Below are positions 19,766 to 31,365 of a stretch of 32,000 nt of DNA, in pieces. Under the pieces are notes generated by a model. It was given only the letters and a program-made list of their open reading frames with translations. It did no database searches and had not been told where the DNA came from. Every line of letters begins with the position of its first letter. Position 1 is the stretch's first letter. This DNA comes from Wallemia ichthyophaga EXF-994 (lineage: Eukaryota > Fungi > Basidiomycota): assembly GCF_000400465.1 (NCBI RefSeq), contig NW_008806277.1:330001-362000 (forward strand), in the 5' to 3' direction. A program made the translations under genes and the position numbers.

Positions 19766-22356
19766 ATGCCGATTCTCTATCCGGCACTTTTAGACAGCAT
19801 ACAGCTCACAAGGAGAGCAGGCGTTTTCCAAGGCGGGAAGCCTAACGAGGTCAGCTCATCCGATCCACTATCCTTATTCGTTATTCAAGCATCTTTCATT
19901 ATCATTTTCACAAGGGCTATCGGTTACCTACTGGCCAAAATGAGACAGCCGAGAGTTATCGCTGAACTCATCGGCGGTATCATTCTCGGACCCAGTATAT
20001 TCGGCCAGATACCCAACTACATGGATGATATCTTTCCAGAAGACTCCTTACCTTATCTGAATCTCATTGGTACACTCGGCATTATTCTCTTCTTATTTAT
20101 TATTGGCATGGAGATTGATTTCACTGTTTTGAGAAAACGCGTCAAATCTGGCTTGGCTGTAGCTTCAACTACCCTTGCAATCCCGTTAGGCGCTGGTATA
20201 GCTTTGGGCGTTGGTTTATGGAAGCAATTTAGCCACAATCAAGACGTTTACTTTTCTCATTACATTCTTTTCATCGGTATAGCTATTTCTGTCAGTGTCT
20301 CATTTCCTATCCACCCTTACATCTAACTTCTACACAGATTACAGCTTTCCCCGTTCTTTGTCGTATACAGGTGGAGCACAAGCTCACACACACACCTGTA
20401 GGTGCTGTCACCATGTCAGCCGGTGTCATCAACGACGTCGTAGGATGGATCCTACTCTCCATCATTGTCGCACTAATTAACGCAGATGGTAGCATCATCA
20501 CTTTGTGGATTCTATTAGTAATCCTCGGTTGGACACTACTCATGGTTTTCGCAATCAGACCTCTTTTCTACGCCTTTGCAAGACGTAATGGCAGTTTAGA
20601 CGGTAGTGGTCCAAGTGAATTTGTTATCATGTTGTCGCTCTTACTCGTCTTCATATCTTCATTCCTCACTGACATTGTCGGTGTGCATCCAATCTTTGGT
20701 GCTTTCTTAGTCGGTTTGATTATGCCCAAAGAAGGTAGATTCAATGTTATCATTACTGAGAAGATTGAAGATGTCGTTATGATCATTTTCGTACCAATAT
20801 TCTTCGGTTTGGTCGGTATACAAACTGATCTCTCTTTACTCAACTCTGGAACTATCTGGGGATATACAATATTGGTTATAGCTGTAGCCTTCTTCTCAAA
20901 GTTCCTCTCTGGCGCTGTCACAGCTAAGCTCTGTAGATTTAATGTCAGAGAAAGCGGTGCGATTGGTACACTCATGTCTTGCAAGGGACTGGTAGAGATC
21001 ATCGTCCTGAATGTTGGACTTCAAACTTCGATCTTAGATAGGAGAGTGTTTTCAATGATGATTTTTATGGCAGTTATCACAACGTTCATCACAACCCCAA
21101 TGGCACGCATCATGTACCCATCTAAACACCGTCCAATGAAGATGGATGAAGATGGCGAAGAGGATGAAAAACCGAGGCCATCGACAGAAAAAGGTCAATT
21201 GGATAGATACCTAATGGTAATGCAAAAAATGGAACATGTATCGACTCTACTCCACTTCACCAAACTCCTCGAATCGGATAAACAGCAGCATCATATAGAT
21301 GCACTGAGATTAGTTGAACTCACAGAGAGAACTTCTGATGCACTTCGATCTGAAACTCAAGAGATGAAATCAGATCCATTGTTGGGAATATTTACGACGT
21401 TCGCACATCTGCGCAATATGATCTGCCACCCACTGTTGAGTCTGACGCTGCAGGATAACTTTGCAGAAACTGTAGCTGAACAGGCAAATGAGAGTGATCT
21501 CGTCGTTTTGCCATGGAAGAGTCACAGAGAGGCTATTGAGAAGGAGCAGCAAGCAGGACATCAGAATCCATTCGACACGTTATTCAACCTTCAAAGTGCT
21601 TCACAAAGATATATACAATTCGTAAGGAAAGTACAGTCGCAATCGATGGCATCTACAGCGATTTACCTCGATCAAGGTAGTGTGGATGACGGGGACAGTT
21701 GGAATGGAATGACGATATTCATGCCATTTTTCGGTGGATCAGATGATAGAACGGCATTAAAATTGGTCCAGCAACTGTGTAATAGACAGGATGTTAATGC
21801 AATAGTTGTTCGGATCAAGAAGGAGTTGGAAACCAAGGCATCTAATGATACGACGACGGGACAATTAACCGAGTATTCACCACACGCTCTCCCAGATACA
21901 ATTTATGCGGCACAGAATACGCAGCAAATGTTAGAATCTGAAACAGCTGATGATCTTTGTTGGATGGAGTGTATTAGAGTAGCTGGTGGACTTGGAATGG
22001 AAATGAGGGAGAGTATGTCTTCTAAGCCACTCTATGAGGCTACAGGAGTAGCAAAGCAAGTTAAGGAAGGGTGTAGTGGACAAATGTTAGTAGTTTGCGG
22101 AAGAAGTCGGAATAAAGAGAACCATAGGCAGGAATTGGCAACGATATTGGAATCTGAAGGGATACAGAATCAGCCATCAGCACTCGCGGCTAACAGGTTT
22201 AATCATTTATTCCAAGTTAGTGCACCGCCCTCACCATCGACGCATCAGCAAATTGGACAAGAGGAACGCAAGACGCTAGGGGAACTGGCGACAGCATTGA
22301 TAATAAAGTTAGTAGACGTTTCAGCAATAATTGTACAATCATCTAAATCTGTTTAA
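19766..22356 (+). CDS. KHA1: Cation/H+ antiporter, CPA2 family (Kha1-like), 2 exons (intron 20291-20337)
   Basis: DPLSLFVIQ, RQPRVIAELIGGIILGPS, AIS|ITAFPVLCRI, AGVINDVVGWILL, GVHPIFGAFLVG, PIFFGLVG and LMSCKGLVEIIVLNVG. The cytosolic tail contains PFFGGSDDRTAL. Confidence 0.92.
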
Positions 22357-22411
22357 ATCTGTTTGAATAAATTTTCCTTCTTCTTAGACAGTCAACAAGC
22401 GTACTTGGAGA

Positions 22412-24348
22412 ATGCCAAAAATAAGGAAGAGTGAGAATACATTTAGTGATAAAGAGTAAAGGCTAAGATGTACACCCCCAGAAACATCAAAGAGAACGGG
22501 ATTGTTCGAGCGTGCAAAGATAAAGCAGAAAGCTAAAGAGACACGGAGGAAAAGGTCTAGGGATGAAAGGAGGGATCCGACATGGAGAAATAACAAGAAG
22601 AAGAAGGCTGATCCAGGTATACCGAACAGTTTACCCTTCAAGGAAGAAGTTTTGGCGGAAATTGAAGAGAAACGTACAAATGCTCTTGAAGCAAGAGAAG
22701 CTGCAAAGGCCGCTAAAGCTGCTGGTGAAGACGTAGAATTGAGCGAGAGCGATGAGGAAGATGAAGTGGGCGACGATGTGGACGATGACCACCCAGACTC
22801 AATCCCTCAACTCATCGACTCATCAATCACCACAGAAGCACCAAGCAACTTTGGTGAAAGCGTTGATGCAGCGGATGTCATTCTTCAAGTACTCGACGCT
22901 AGAGACCCACAAGGATTCAGAGTTGAAGCGTTGGAGAAGCTTTCAAAGCAGAAGAAAGTAGTCGTTATTCTCAATAAAGTTGATTTGGTTCCGAAAGAGA
23001 CTGTTAGAAGTTGGTTCAACACTCTCAACAGCCTCCTTCCTACCATTGTTTTCGCTTCTTCTGCTCATATTAATCCAATTGAAGGCTTAGAAGGGTGTCT
23101 TACAGCAGATACTGGCGTTGATGCACTCAAAAACCTACTTAGCTCATACTCAAAGGATAAGAAGGGCAAAAACCCTCTCAAAGTTCTCGTCGCTGGATTG
23201 CCAAACGTTGGAAAATCTGCACTCTTAAACACTCTGATTAAGCAACCATACTTTAAGACAGCTTCAGTTTCAACAAACTCCTTAATCGGCGCTAAGAACC
23301 CAACGACGACAACGACATCCATCTCTGCTGTCAATGTCGATGGCATTGTCTACATTGATTCACCTGGTTTATACTTTATTGGTCAATCTGGGCATTACGC
23401 TGCAGATATCCTCAGAAGGAACCTCGGCAGACCTGATAAAGTTAGAGAACCTCAACTTTTAGCAGACTGGATATTAAACAGATCAAATGAGGAAGATTTG
23501 ATGATGTTCTTCAAATTGCCTGCATTTGCTTCAGGCGATTATGAAGCTTTCTTTAAATCATTCGCCAATGTCGTAGGTCGTGTGAAGAAGAGGGGTGTTT
23601 TGGATGTTAATGGTGCTATGAGGGACTTTATTCTCAAGTACGTCAAGTATGATATGCCTTACTACACTGTTGCACCTGCAAATGACAAGCAGGAGAAGCA
23701 GAAGAAGGTGAAACAGATCAAAGGTGTCACTGATGTCGTTGCTCGGGATATCGATCGACTGCCTTCGAGAAAGCCAATGAGGAAGGCCAGAGGAGAGGTC
23801 AGACTCGTGGCTGCTCCTTCCGATGCTACAATCGAGAGCCGCGAATATGTCCCTACTGTTGGTGGTCCCGTCGAAGAAGAGAGTGAAGAAGAGCAAGCCG
23901 AAGACGATGAGGATGATGAAGAGGAGGACGACGACGAAGATGAGGATAATCAGGATATCGATGTACTTGGCGCTGTTGAGGATATGGAAGAACATGACAT
24001 GACTGTGGGTGACATGTTAGACCTTAACCCCCAACTACTAACCTTTTTGAATAGCCCGACGCCAACATTGAACCAGAAGCTCCATCTTCACCTCCACCGA
24101 AACACTCTAAGAAGAGGAAGGAGAGAGCACCCAAGGTGAAGTTTGCCAAGGAAGTGGAGACTTCGGATGCACCAAAGTCTAACAACAAGGCCACTGTCAG
24201 CAAAATTAAGACGAACAAGGAAATTGAGAAGCCAAAGCCAGCCAAGAAGGCAAAGGTTGAAGAAGGTGTATCAGCCAAGCAAGGACTCAAAGGGAAGAAG
24301 TCGGACAAGGTGGAAGGAGAAGCATTCGACTTTAACGAGTTCTTCTGA
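22412..24348 (+). CDS. NUG1: Nucleolar circularly permuted GTPase Nug1/GNL3 (Grn1)-like, 3 exons (introns 22431-22481 and 24005-24054)
   Basis: MPKIRK|KTSKR, KKADPGIPNSLPFKE, VLDARDP, G4 NKVD, G1 GLPNVGKS and G3 DSPG. Acidic tract, ending EAFDFNEFF*. Confidence 0.9.
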
Positions 24349-24458
24349 TGATTTGTTTTAGAATGAATTGAGTGTAATACAACATCATGAATATATTAAC
24401 TTATTAGGGGATGAATACGGTAAAATGTGAGATGATGAGATAAAGGAATTAAGTGAAA

Positions 24459-27400
24459 CTACCAACTGAAGCTCTCCTCGAATGCCACAGTCTTGGTTTT
24501 TGATTTGGAAACCAAGTTTTTCATCGTAAGGTTTAGCGCATCAGGGCCGCAGGTAGCAACGAGCAGAGCGTTATCATCGACCAGCTCCGACTCCTGACTG
24601 AATATAGTGTCCAATTTAGGTCTACCGCTTCGAGCAAACTCTGCAATGGAGAAGAGGTCACCTTCCTCAATAGCGTCGAGGACGATGTTATCAGGATCAG
24701 GCATTTTCAATTGAGATGTGTGTGATGTGTGTGGTGTATGTGAAGCTTGAGGGTCTGAATTAGATTGATCGATGGTGTGAACCTTGGGTGTCTCAGCGAA
24801 TGTTATATTAGGTGCATGTGTTGGTTTGTCAGGATGCGTGAGGGTTGTTTGAGTTGGATGCATATGAACGCTATGACCCATATTTGACCTCGCTCTAGCT
24901 ATATCACCCTCTGCACTGATCAGTATGCTCAACTCTCTCTCGACGGCCGGAGCAGGCTCGTTATCTTCACCGTCGAAGTCGACGAAATCGTTAATACTCG
25001 ACCGTTTGTTAATATCGTCTATGTCTTCTTCTGCGAACTGGTTGGACGCTGCAGTGGTGAAATCTGATTCTGCCACGTGATCCTGGTACTGCTGCTGCTG
25101 TTGCTGTTGCTTTTGCTTTTGCTCTCGCTCTCGCACTGGAGGCAAGTTCTTGTCGATTTGCGGCGAGCTCCGCGCTGACCGGAACGAGGGCTGTATACGA
25201 CTAGCAGAGTGCGTCGCATTGACAGCAACTGGAGGTACTTGTAGAGTTGGAGTGATGGAAGCTGCCGCTGTCTGCATGCTGAGGTCACTATGAGAGCGAC
25301 CCAAGTCACCCGCATCGCCCGAATCCTCACCCAGATTGGTTGCAGGTGTGTAGAAGCGCTGCACAGGCGAGCGTGGCGGCGAGTACGGCGATCCACCCGC
25401 GTCTCCTGCGTAAGGAGCTGCTGGCGTCGGCGGGAAAGGCGAATCAGGTGATGGGAAAAAGGAGCTTATAGTATTAGGTGCGTCGATTGTGGGCTGCGAT
25501 GTGACGAATATCTCGAGCTGGAATGCGTCTTGCGGGAGAAGTGTGGCACATCTGCGCAACGCACTGGCAACCCATTGTACATGCGCAAACTCCTTGACGA
25601 GCCACACGAGCCTCACGCGTCGCAGTGGTCCCGCGCCGAGGCTGATAACGTTAGTGACATGCTGCAAGATCGACACGCCGAACTGTGAACGTTGTCAGGA
25701 TGGCTGTAATAAAAGATAACCGTCCACACTCACACTTATTCCGCTCCCACCACAGACGAGTAGAATGGAGGAGTAGTTGGACCATCGCACCCGCCCCGCA
25801 CTGCCGAAGGGGCCGTCGATAAGAGCACGGATGTACACAGGCGGTGCTGCGCAGGGGAGGTAGCTGTGCGCATCGTTCCTATGCTCAGTGCCATTCCCAT
25901 TCCCGTTCCCGTCGCTCCGCTGCTGCTGCTCGCTCGTAATGAACTTGGGCTGGCGCATCAATCTCACCTTCTCCCACAGCTTGCGCGTCCAGCCGCTCTT
26001 GGCACGCACAATTACCACCACTTTATAAGGATCGTCTTCTGAGACATTTGCAATAGTGAATGGATGCGCACCGAAGCGGGAAATCTCCGGGATGATGATA
26101 GATGCGTGCTGGCCAGGCTGCCAGTGGAGTGGCGACGACAGACACAGCGTCAGCCGTACGCTCTTGCCAGGCAACAGCTGTGCATGTGTGAACCCAGTCG
26201 GATGCGAACGTCTAATCGGGAAAGACAGGCTGCTGGGTGGGGGAACGAGAGATGGTGTGGAGGTATCCTTCTTCGCACCATCCTTTTCCTTGTTCACTAC
26301 TGCTGTAGGTGAGAGATACTTCTCGACGCTGTCGTTGGATTTGTTTACTGTTGTCTTGCTTTGGCTTTGGCTGTTGGTGTTGCTCCGGGTGCTACTCTCG
26401 TCAGCCACCGCTTCCCGGCTCTTTTCGAGCTCCTCCCAGCCGAGCAGCGTGAGGTTTGCGGGCTTGTCCATCTGCGGAGAGACAAGAGACCTGATCGTTT
26501 GGGCGGGGCGCATGACCGTCGACCAGTGCACACCAGCGCCTGTACCTGATCCTGGTCCTGCATTCCCCTTGCCCTTCTTCATTTCACCCGCAAATCGTCC
26601 AGCGCCGGCATTGAGCCAGAGCACACGGAGACCGCGCCAGACGCGCTCAGCGAGCCAGAACGCCAGCGGGGTCCAAATAAACGGTGCAAGTGGCTTGTAG
26701 TGTATCCCTGCTGCGACGAGAAAAGCGAAGACAAGAACTATGTGCACAATGTGAAACAGTGCGTAGAATTTGTTACGGATGGGTGGGATAGAGAGGACAA
26801 GGATGAATGATAGAAAAAGGAGAGCCTGTAAAGAGTGTAAGAGCGTATCTCATAATCCGCAAACACACAACCACCCACCATAAACCCAGAAGAGTTAGTG
26901 CGCGATGACCATATCTCATTCCAAACACCTGTCTCATCCCTCTCTGGCCATGTGTGCTTAATCCAGAGAACCGTATGAGCGAAACTAAACGCCCACACCC
27001 CGACTCCACTCACGAAATGGAACAGAACGGCCTTGTCGAAATGGAGATTGGTGAAAAACTTCCAAGCGAATATAGCAAATGGTGGCATCTTTAGTCCGAG
27101 TATTACGACGAGCGGTGTGAGTATAAATGCCATCACACCTGTCCTATCAAAGGCATTCCTCTCCATTGAGTCGTGTATGTCGGAGCTAGTTCTCGAGAGT
27201 ACCATTGAAGGTGACTCAGGGCCAGTCAAGACGAGCATCGTGGGGAATGCACACAACGCCAGTATTCCAATCATGTGCGCTGTTGATGGGAGTGTGATGT
27301 ATGACCGGTGATTGGCTGTGTAGCGCAGCGTTGGAGTGTAGAGCGACCAACGCGTAAATTTGTTGTAGATGCCATTCTTATGCGTTAGGCCAGTTTGCGT

Positions 27401-27589
27401 CACTAATGCTGTTACACACGCAATCACTGCGAATACTAGAATGAGAAGATATCCGTAGAAAATCGCTGGACTGCCGTGCTCATGATCGTGATCGCCGTGT
27501 TCACCGTGATCTGCGTCCGCGCCACCTTGCTCTGCTTGAGCTTGTGCTATTGACAAGAACGCAGAAACTGCTAAAAACGCCTTTATCAT
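24459..27589 (-). CDS. Ferric/cupric reductase-like transmembrane oxidoreductase (FRE/NOX family), 3 exons (introns 26878-26826 and 25733-25683)
   Basis: Signal peptide, then a TM domain with heme-ligand His pairs (FHFVSG..FAHT and FHIVHIV). FAD motif HPFTI, NADPH motifs DGPFG and GGSGIS|FGVS, RLVWLVK, VATCGPDAL, and the end AFEESFSW*. Confidence 0.9.
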
Positions 27590-27857
27590 TTTTGTTTTGC
27601 CCTCTTAAACCTACGTTAACGATGAAAATTACGTTGAAAAAGCTAAATTGATGGCGTTGATGATTGATTAAACGAAAGATCTAGATCCACAGTAGCCAAA
27701 TTGCTTATAATTAATCAATTATTTCCGTATTTGGAAGGTTGATGACGGCATAATTTCATCTGAAACAGACAGGAGAATTTTCCAAAATTCCATTTAATAG
27801 TTAAGTTATATTTAAGATATATTAAGAATAGGGTTTTAAATTTTCATTTTACTCATT

Positions 27858-28955
27858 TTAAACTGGAGGTTGTGGTACAGATTGCATAGCGGCGTTCATT
27901 TCTTCAGGAGTCATTGTGGTTGATTCTAACATGATACCGACACCAAATTTGGAAGCATTCTTGAGATGATCAATTTCGCCTGCGACCAAGAAAGCGAATG
28001 CAGGAGTGAATCTTTGCTCGAGCAAGGCTGAAACTTTTCCGGTTGAATCAAGTTGACCTCTGAAAGAAGCCATTCTGAAGTCATACTTTGCACCTAAGCT
28101 AGCATTTGCTTCCTTGCCTTGAGGTCTGTTGATAACTTGTAAAGTGGCAGCAGCGTCAACTTTATCGGACAATTTGTGGTGGTAAGTAGCTTCGAGCATT
28201 CCAGAGGGGTTAATTTGAGCGGTAGCCAACCAGTCCCTGTTTGAGCCATTCAATCTAACCAAATAAGAAGTCAAGGATTCAGAGACGCCCGGTTGAGGTC
28301 TTTGGAGGAGGGTTTCGAGGCCGAGGGCGATGTTTGGAGTGAGAGATTGGAGGTAGCTACCAATGTAAATACCAGTACCATCAATCATGGAAGGATTCAT
28401 AGCTTTACCGTTGAGGGAATAGTCTAAACCTTGATAGTCATGCTCTAATTGGATCATGGATTGACCAGGAACTTCAGAAAGCTGAGCTTGAACCTTTCCA
28501 GTACCGAGGTTAGCGAAGGATTGATTGGCGCGTCCAGTGAGGGTACCTGTGTGATCAACAGCACCTTGTAAGAAAGACTTTGCGTCTGCGTAGACTGCGC
28601 CGAAAGAGTAGTTTGGAGGGGATTGTTGAGAGCCCAGAGCGAAAGAGTGGGTGACTTGGAAAGCGGGGTTTAAGGAAATACCCTTTGTAAGATCAGCTCT
28701 AGCGCCGTCAAAGATGAAATTAGAGAGGAGCGTAGTTTTGGCTTCTCTGCCCATAGCTTCAGCGGTACCAGGGTTACCTAAGCTAAGGGATTTCCTCCAA
28801 TTCATGAATCTATTGTAGGTGGATGAGATAGGGCTGAGTGCGGCGGCAGCAGCAGATTTCTGTGGCTGCTGTTGCTGTGTATCGTGGTGGACCTCTGACT
28901 GGGTAAGAACCGGGGCTGCTTCACCTGGAGCGACTTGTTGGACTGGCGTGGTCAT
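27858..28955 (-). CDS. TOM40: Mitochondrial outer-membrane translocase Tom40, intronless
   Basis: SLSLGNPGTAEAMGREAK, FDGARADLTKGISLNPAFQVTHSF, YLQSLTPNIALGLE and FRGQLDSTGKVSALLEQR. First ATG is at 28955; the ORF-track start at 29054 is a TTG. Confidence 0.95.
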   Translation of the reverse strand: MTTPVQQVAPGEAAPVLTQSEVHHDTQQQQPQKSAAAAALSPISSTYNRFMNWRKSLSLGNPGTAEAMGREAKTTLLSNFIFDGARADLTKGISLNPAFQVTHSFALGSQQSPPNYSFGAVYADAKSFLQGAVDHTGTLTGRANQSFANLGTGKVQAQLSEVPGQSMIQLEHDYQGLDYSLNGKAMNPSMIDGTGIYIGSYLQSLTPNIALGLETLLQRPQPGVSESLTSYLVRLNGSNRDWLATAQINPSGMLEATYHHKLSDKVDAAATLQVINRPQGKEANASLGAKYDFRMASFRGQLDSTGKVSALLEQRFTPAFAFLVAGEIDHLKNASKFGVGIMLESTTMTPEEMNAAMQSVPQPPV

Positions 28956-29095
28956 ATTCGTAATAAAATCTAAATTTTTATATTCCTCGTCGCCGTTTAT
29001 TGTGAAGGCGATTAAGCTGTGGTGGTTTTCTGCAATTTTTAAAATATCAGACAAGGCTATTAAATTACTAGTGTAAGCTGCAAATTACTAGGAAT

Positions 29096-29683
29096 ATGTC
29101 TGCGTGTCTATCTTTCGTTAGAAATGTACTTGAATCGAGTTTGAAAAATATGGGACATGATTGGAGTGTGTTTGGTACACGCAATGGCACACACTCTGTA
29201 ATCTCTGCAAAGCCTGGATTCGTGCACCTGCGATTTATCGTCGATAAGCATAACTTGAATAGGCAGGGCTCTCTAAACGGCGGCTGTATTGCTTCTTTGA
29301 TCGACAGCGCTGGCTCGTTGGCTGTGTCCTCTCATGGTCTCTACTTCACCGGTGTATCCACTGACATGAGCCAAACATTCGTCAAGCCAATCCCATATGA
29401 TCAACCCGTTGAGATATACGCAACTGCTGCTAGCCTCGGTAGGACAATGGCCTTTACTAGAGTTGAGTTTTGCGATTCAAGTGATTCGCGTCGAGTTATG
29501 GCTTTTGGAGGGAAGTAATTAGTATACTAGTACAAACGCCTAACACTCACCACAGGCCACACAAAATACATTGCAAACAGTCAAGGCCAAGAGGTATGCA
29601 AATTTTCATCATTACAAATGTCTGCTCACATGACACGACAGGGTAACGTAAAGTTTAGTGAGGATGGTGAGAGTACTTTGTAA
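29096..29683 (+). CDS. HotDog-fold acyl-CoA thioesterase (ACOT13/PaaI-like); the 3-exon model needs a non-canonical donor at 29511
   Basis: NLNRQGSLNGGCIASLIDSAGSLAV, GVSTDMSQTFVKP and LGRTMAFTRVEF. Downstream exons HTKYIANSQGQE|GNVKFSEDGESTL* are linked by a canonical 48-nt intron (29594-29641). Confidence 0.85.
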
Positions 29684-29707
29684 GAGTTTATAATCAAGAA
29701 ATAATCA

Positions 29708-30607
29708 TCAGTCCTTTCGAAGCCTATCTAATCTGGCTTGTAAGCTGTCTTCGTCGGTTTTAGTTTGAGTTGAAGTGGTGGCTTGGGTGGTTGTAGTGGG
29801 GTTAGCAGCGCCAGCACCAGCACCAGCACCAGCACTGCCGCTCAATCCCTCAGCCATCGGCGTCTTTTTGTTTTTATCTGCGCCAGTATCGACGTCCAAA
29901 GTATCAGGCGTATTTGCGAGTTGTTGATTGAGAGTAACGCCAATGTCATCGAGTACCTGGCCAACGATCTTCTCCTCCTCCTCTTCACCTTGATCATCCT
30001 CCATAACGTCGTCAACAGCGTCAGACATAATTTCCTCTTTCATGTCCATTGAGGATGATTCACGTTCGAAATCGTTCATGATACGGGTAATTTGAGGGAG
30101 GTTGAGACTTCTATTCATCATAGCCATGCTCTGGTGGTGTGATAAGAAAGATGACGACATGAAAGCTATCAACACACCTTTGTTGCACCTTTCATAGCCT
30201 CAGACATTTGCTGATTCGATCTGAGTGTTTGGATACGCAGACTAACAGCTTGTAACTGAGTGCGCATCTGATAAAACTTCTGGATGTATTTCCTAGTCCG
30301 AACGAGATCCTTGGCCATGAGTTTGGTTGGTGCCTGGAGGATGTGTTGAGTGAGTGTCTACAGGGGATAAACAAGTACCTACCATTTGACCATTCTTGGC
30401 GCTCTTCTTAATATCGCTGATCAATTTGCTCTCCTGTCCCTCCAGCTTGCCACGCTCTCTGTCCAACTCGCGCTGAGCTTTCTCCAGTGCACGCTGATGC
30501 CGTCTCAGCCGTTCTTGGGGAGTGAGTGATTTACCAAATAAACTTTCCTATAGGTTTTATGAGTTTTTCCATTTTTACTTTTTATTTCAACCTACGATTA
30601 TATTCAT
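29708..30607 (-). CDS. DID4: ESCRT-III subunit Vps2/Did4 (CHMP2A), 4 exons
   Basis: MNII|ESLFGKSLTPQERLRRHQRALEKAQRELDRER...KNGQM|APTKLMAKDLVRTRKYIQKFYQMRTQLQAVSLRIQTL...|SMAMMNRSLNLPQI..., with the MIM1 tail DSLQARLDRLRKD*. Confidence 0.95.
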
Positions 30608-30634
30608 TGTGGTTGTTGATTGATAACGAGTGTC

Positions 30635-31270
30635 ATGACTGCTATTTGCATTTATTCCGGCAGCTCAGACGGTTCTACTCCGATATACAAAGACGTTGCC
30701 CGGCAAATTGGTTCTACGCTTGCCGCACACAACATTCCACTCGTTTACGGCGGCGGTGACGGTGGTCTGATGGGTCAAGTAGCCCGTAGTGCGCTGAGCA
30801 GCGGTGGACACGTCACGGGCATCATACCGCGCGCGATGGTGGCTGTGGGCGAGAAGGGTGAGCGCGGCAGCACCAGCCATACCACTCTCCCCTCCCACCC
30901 AAACCTCGACTCTATCGTCGTCGATAGCATGCACGAGCGCAAACTGGCCATGGCTCACCGTTCCTCCTCTTTCATCGCCCTTCCTGGTGGTTTCGGCACT
31001 TTCGAAGAACTCCTCGAGGTGACCACGTGGTCTCAATTGAATATCCACGCCAAGGCGGTCATCGCCGTCAATGTAGATGGCTTCTTCAACCCCCTCAAGC
31101 ACCTCATCGCTTCCGCTGTTGACGCCGGTTTCATAAGCAGCAAGAACGCTCATCTCATCCACTTTCTGGATCATCCCCTCGATGGTGACTGGGGCTTGGC
31201 TGCTATAGACGCTTGCAAAAACTACTCACCCACTGGCGAAGAGTATGCCTTTGATTGGTCGCGGGTGTGA
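30635..31270 (+). CDS. LOG1: LOG (Lonely Guy) family phosphoribohydrolase, intronless
   Basis: ICIYSGSS, LVYGGGDGGLMG, VTGIIP, MHERKLAM and the signature ALPGGFGTFEELLEVTTWSQL. The ATG is at 30635; the track start at 30620 is a TTG. Confidence 0.93.
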   Translation: MTAICIYSGSSDGSTPIYKDVARQIGSTLAAHNIPLVYGGGDGGLMGQVARSALSSGGHVTGIIPRAMVAVGEKGERGSTSHTTLPSHPNLDSIVVDSMHERKLAMAHRSSSFIALPGGFGTFEELLEVTTWSQLNIHAKAVIAVNVDGFFNPLKHLIASAVDAGFISSKNAHLIHFLDHPLDGDWGLAAIDACKNYSPTGEEYAFDWSRV

Positions 31271-31365
31271 GGTTGAGACATTTTTTTTTTTCTAAGACAT
31301 AACATGTATTCTAAGATAAATAGATATTCATTTGGTCACTTGGGTGAACACCAGAAAATACTACA

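Noticed and set aside
19534-19846. About 100-codon stop-free, Lys-rich frame overlapping the KHA1 start out of frame
   Set aside because: No ATG and no frame-compatible upstream exon was found. Purine-rich low-complexity sequence explains the lack of stops.
26056-26700. 214-aa + strand ORF
   Set aside because: Antisense, same-register shadow of the GC-rich ferric reductase exon.
17224-27589. Oxidase, antiporter and ferric reductase as a functional gene cluster
   Set aside because: Interspersed with housekeeping genes such as NUG1. There is no backbone enzyme, regulator or shared motif to support a cluster.
28956-29054. 33-aa N-terminal extension of Tom40 shown in the ORF track (also the extensions of CUL3, PPR, FAP7 and LOG)
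   Set aside because: These come from TTG/GTG starts used by the ORF finder or from upstream in-frame sequence that overlaps neighbouring genes or promoters. The family-typical N-termini begin at the downstream ATGs.
30665-31174. 169-aa - strand ORF
   Set aside because: Shadow of the LOG gene.
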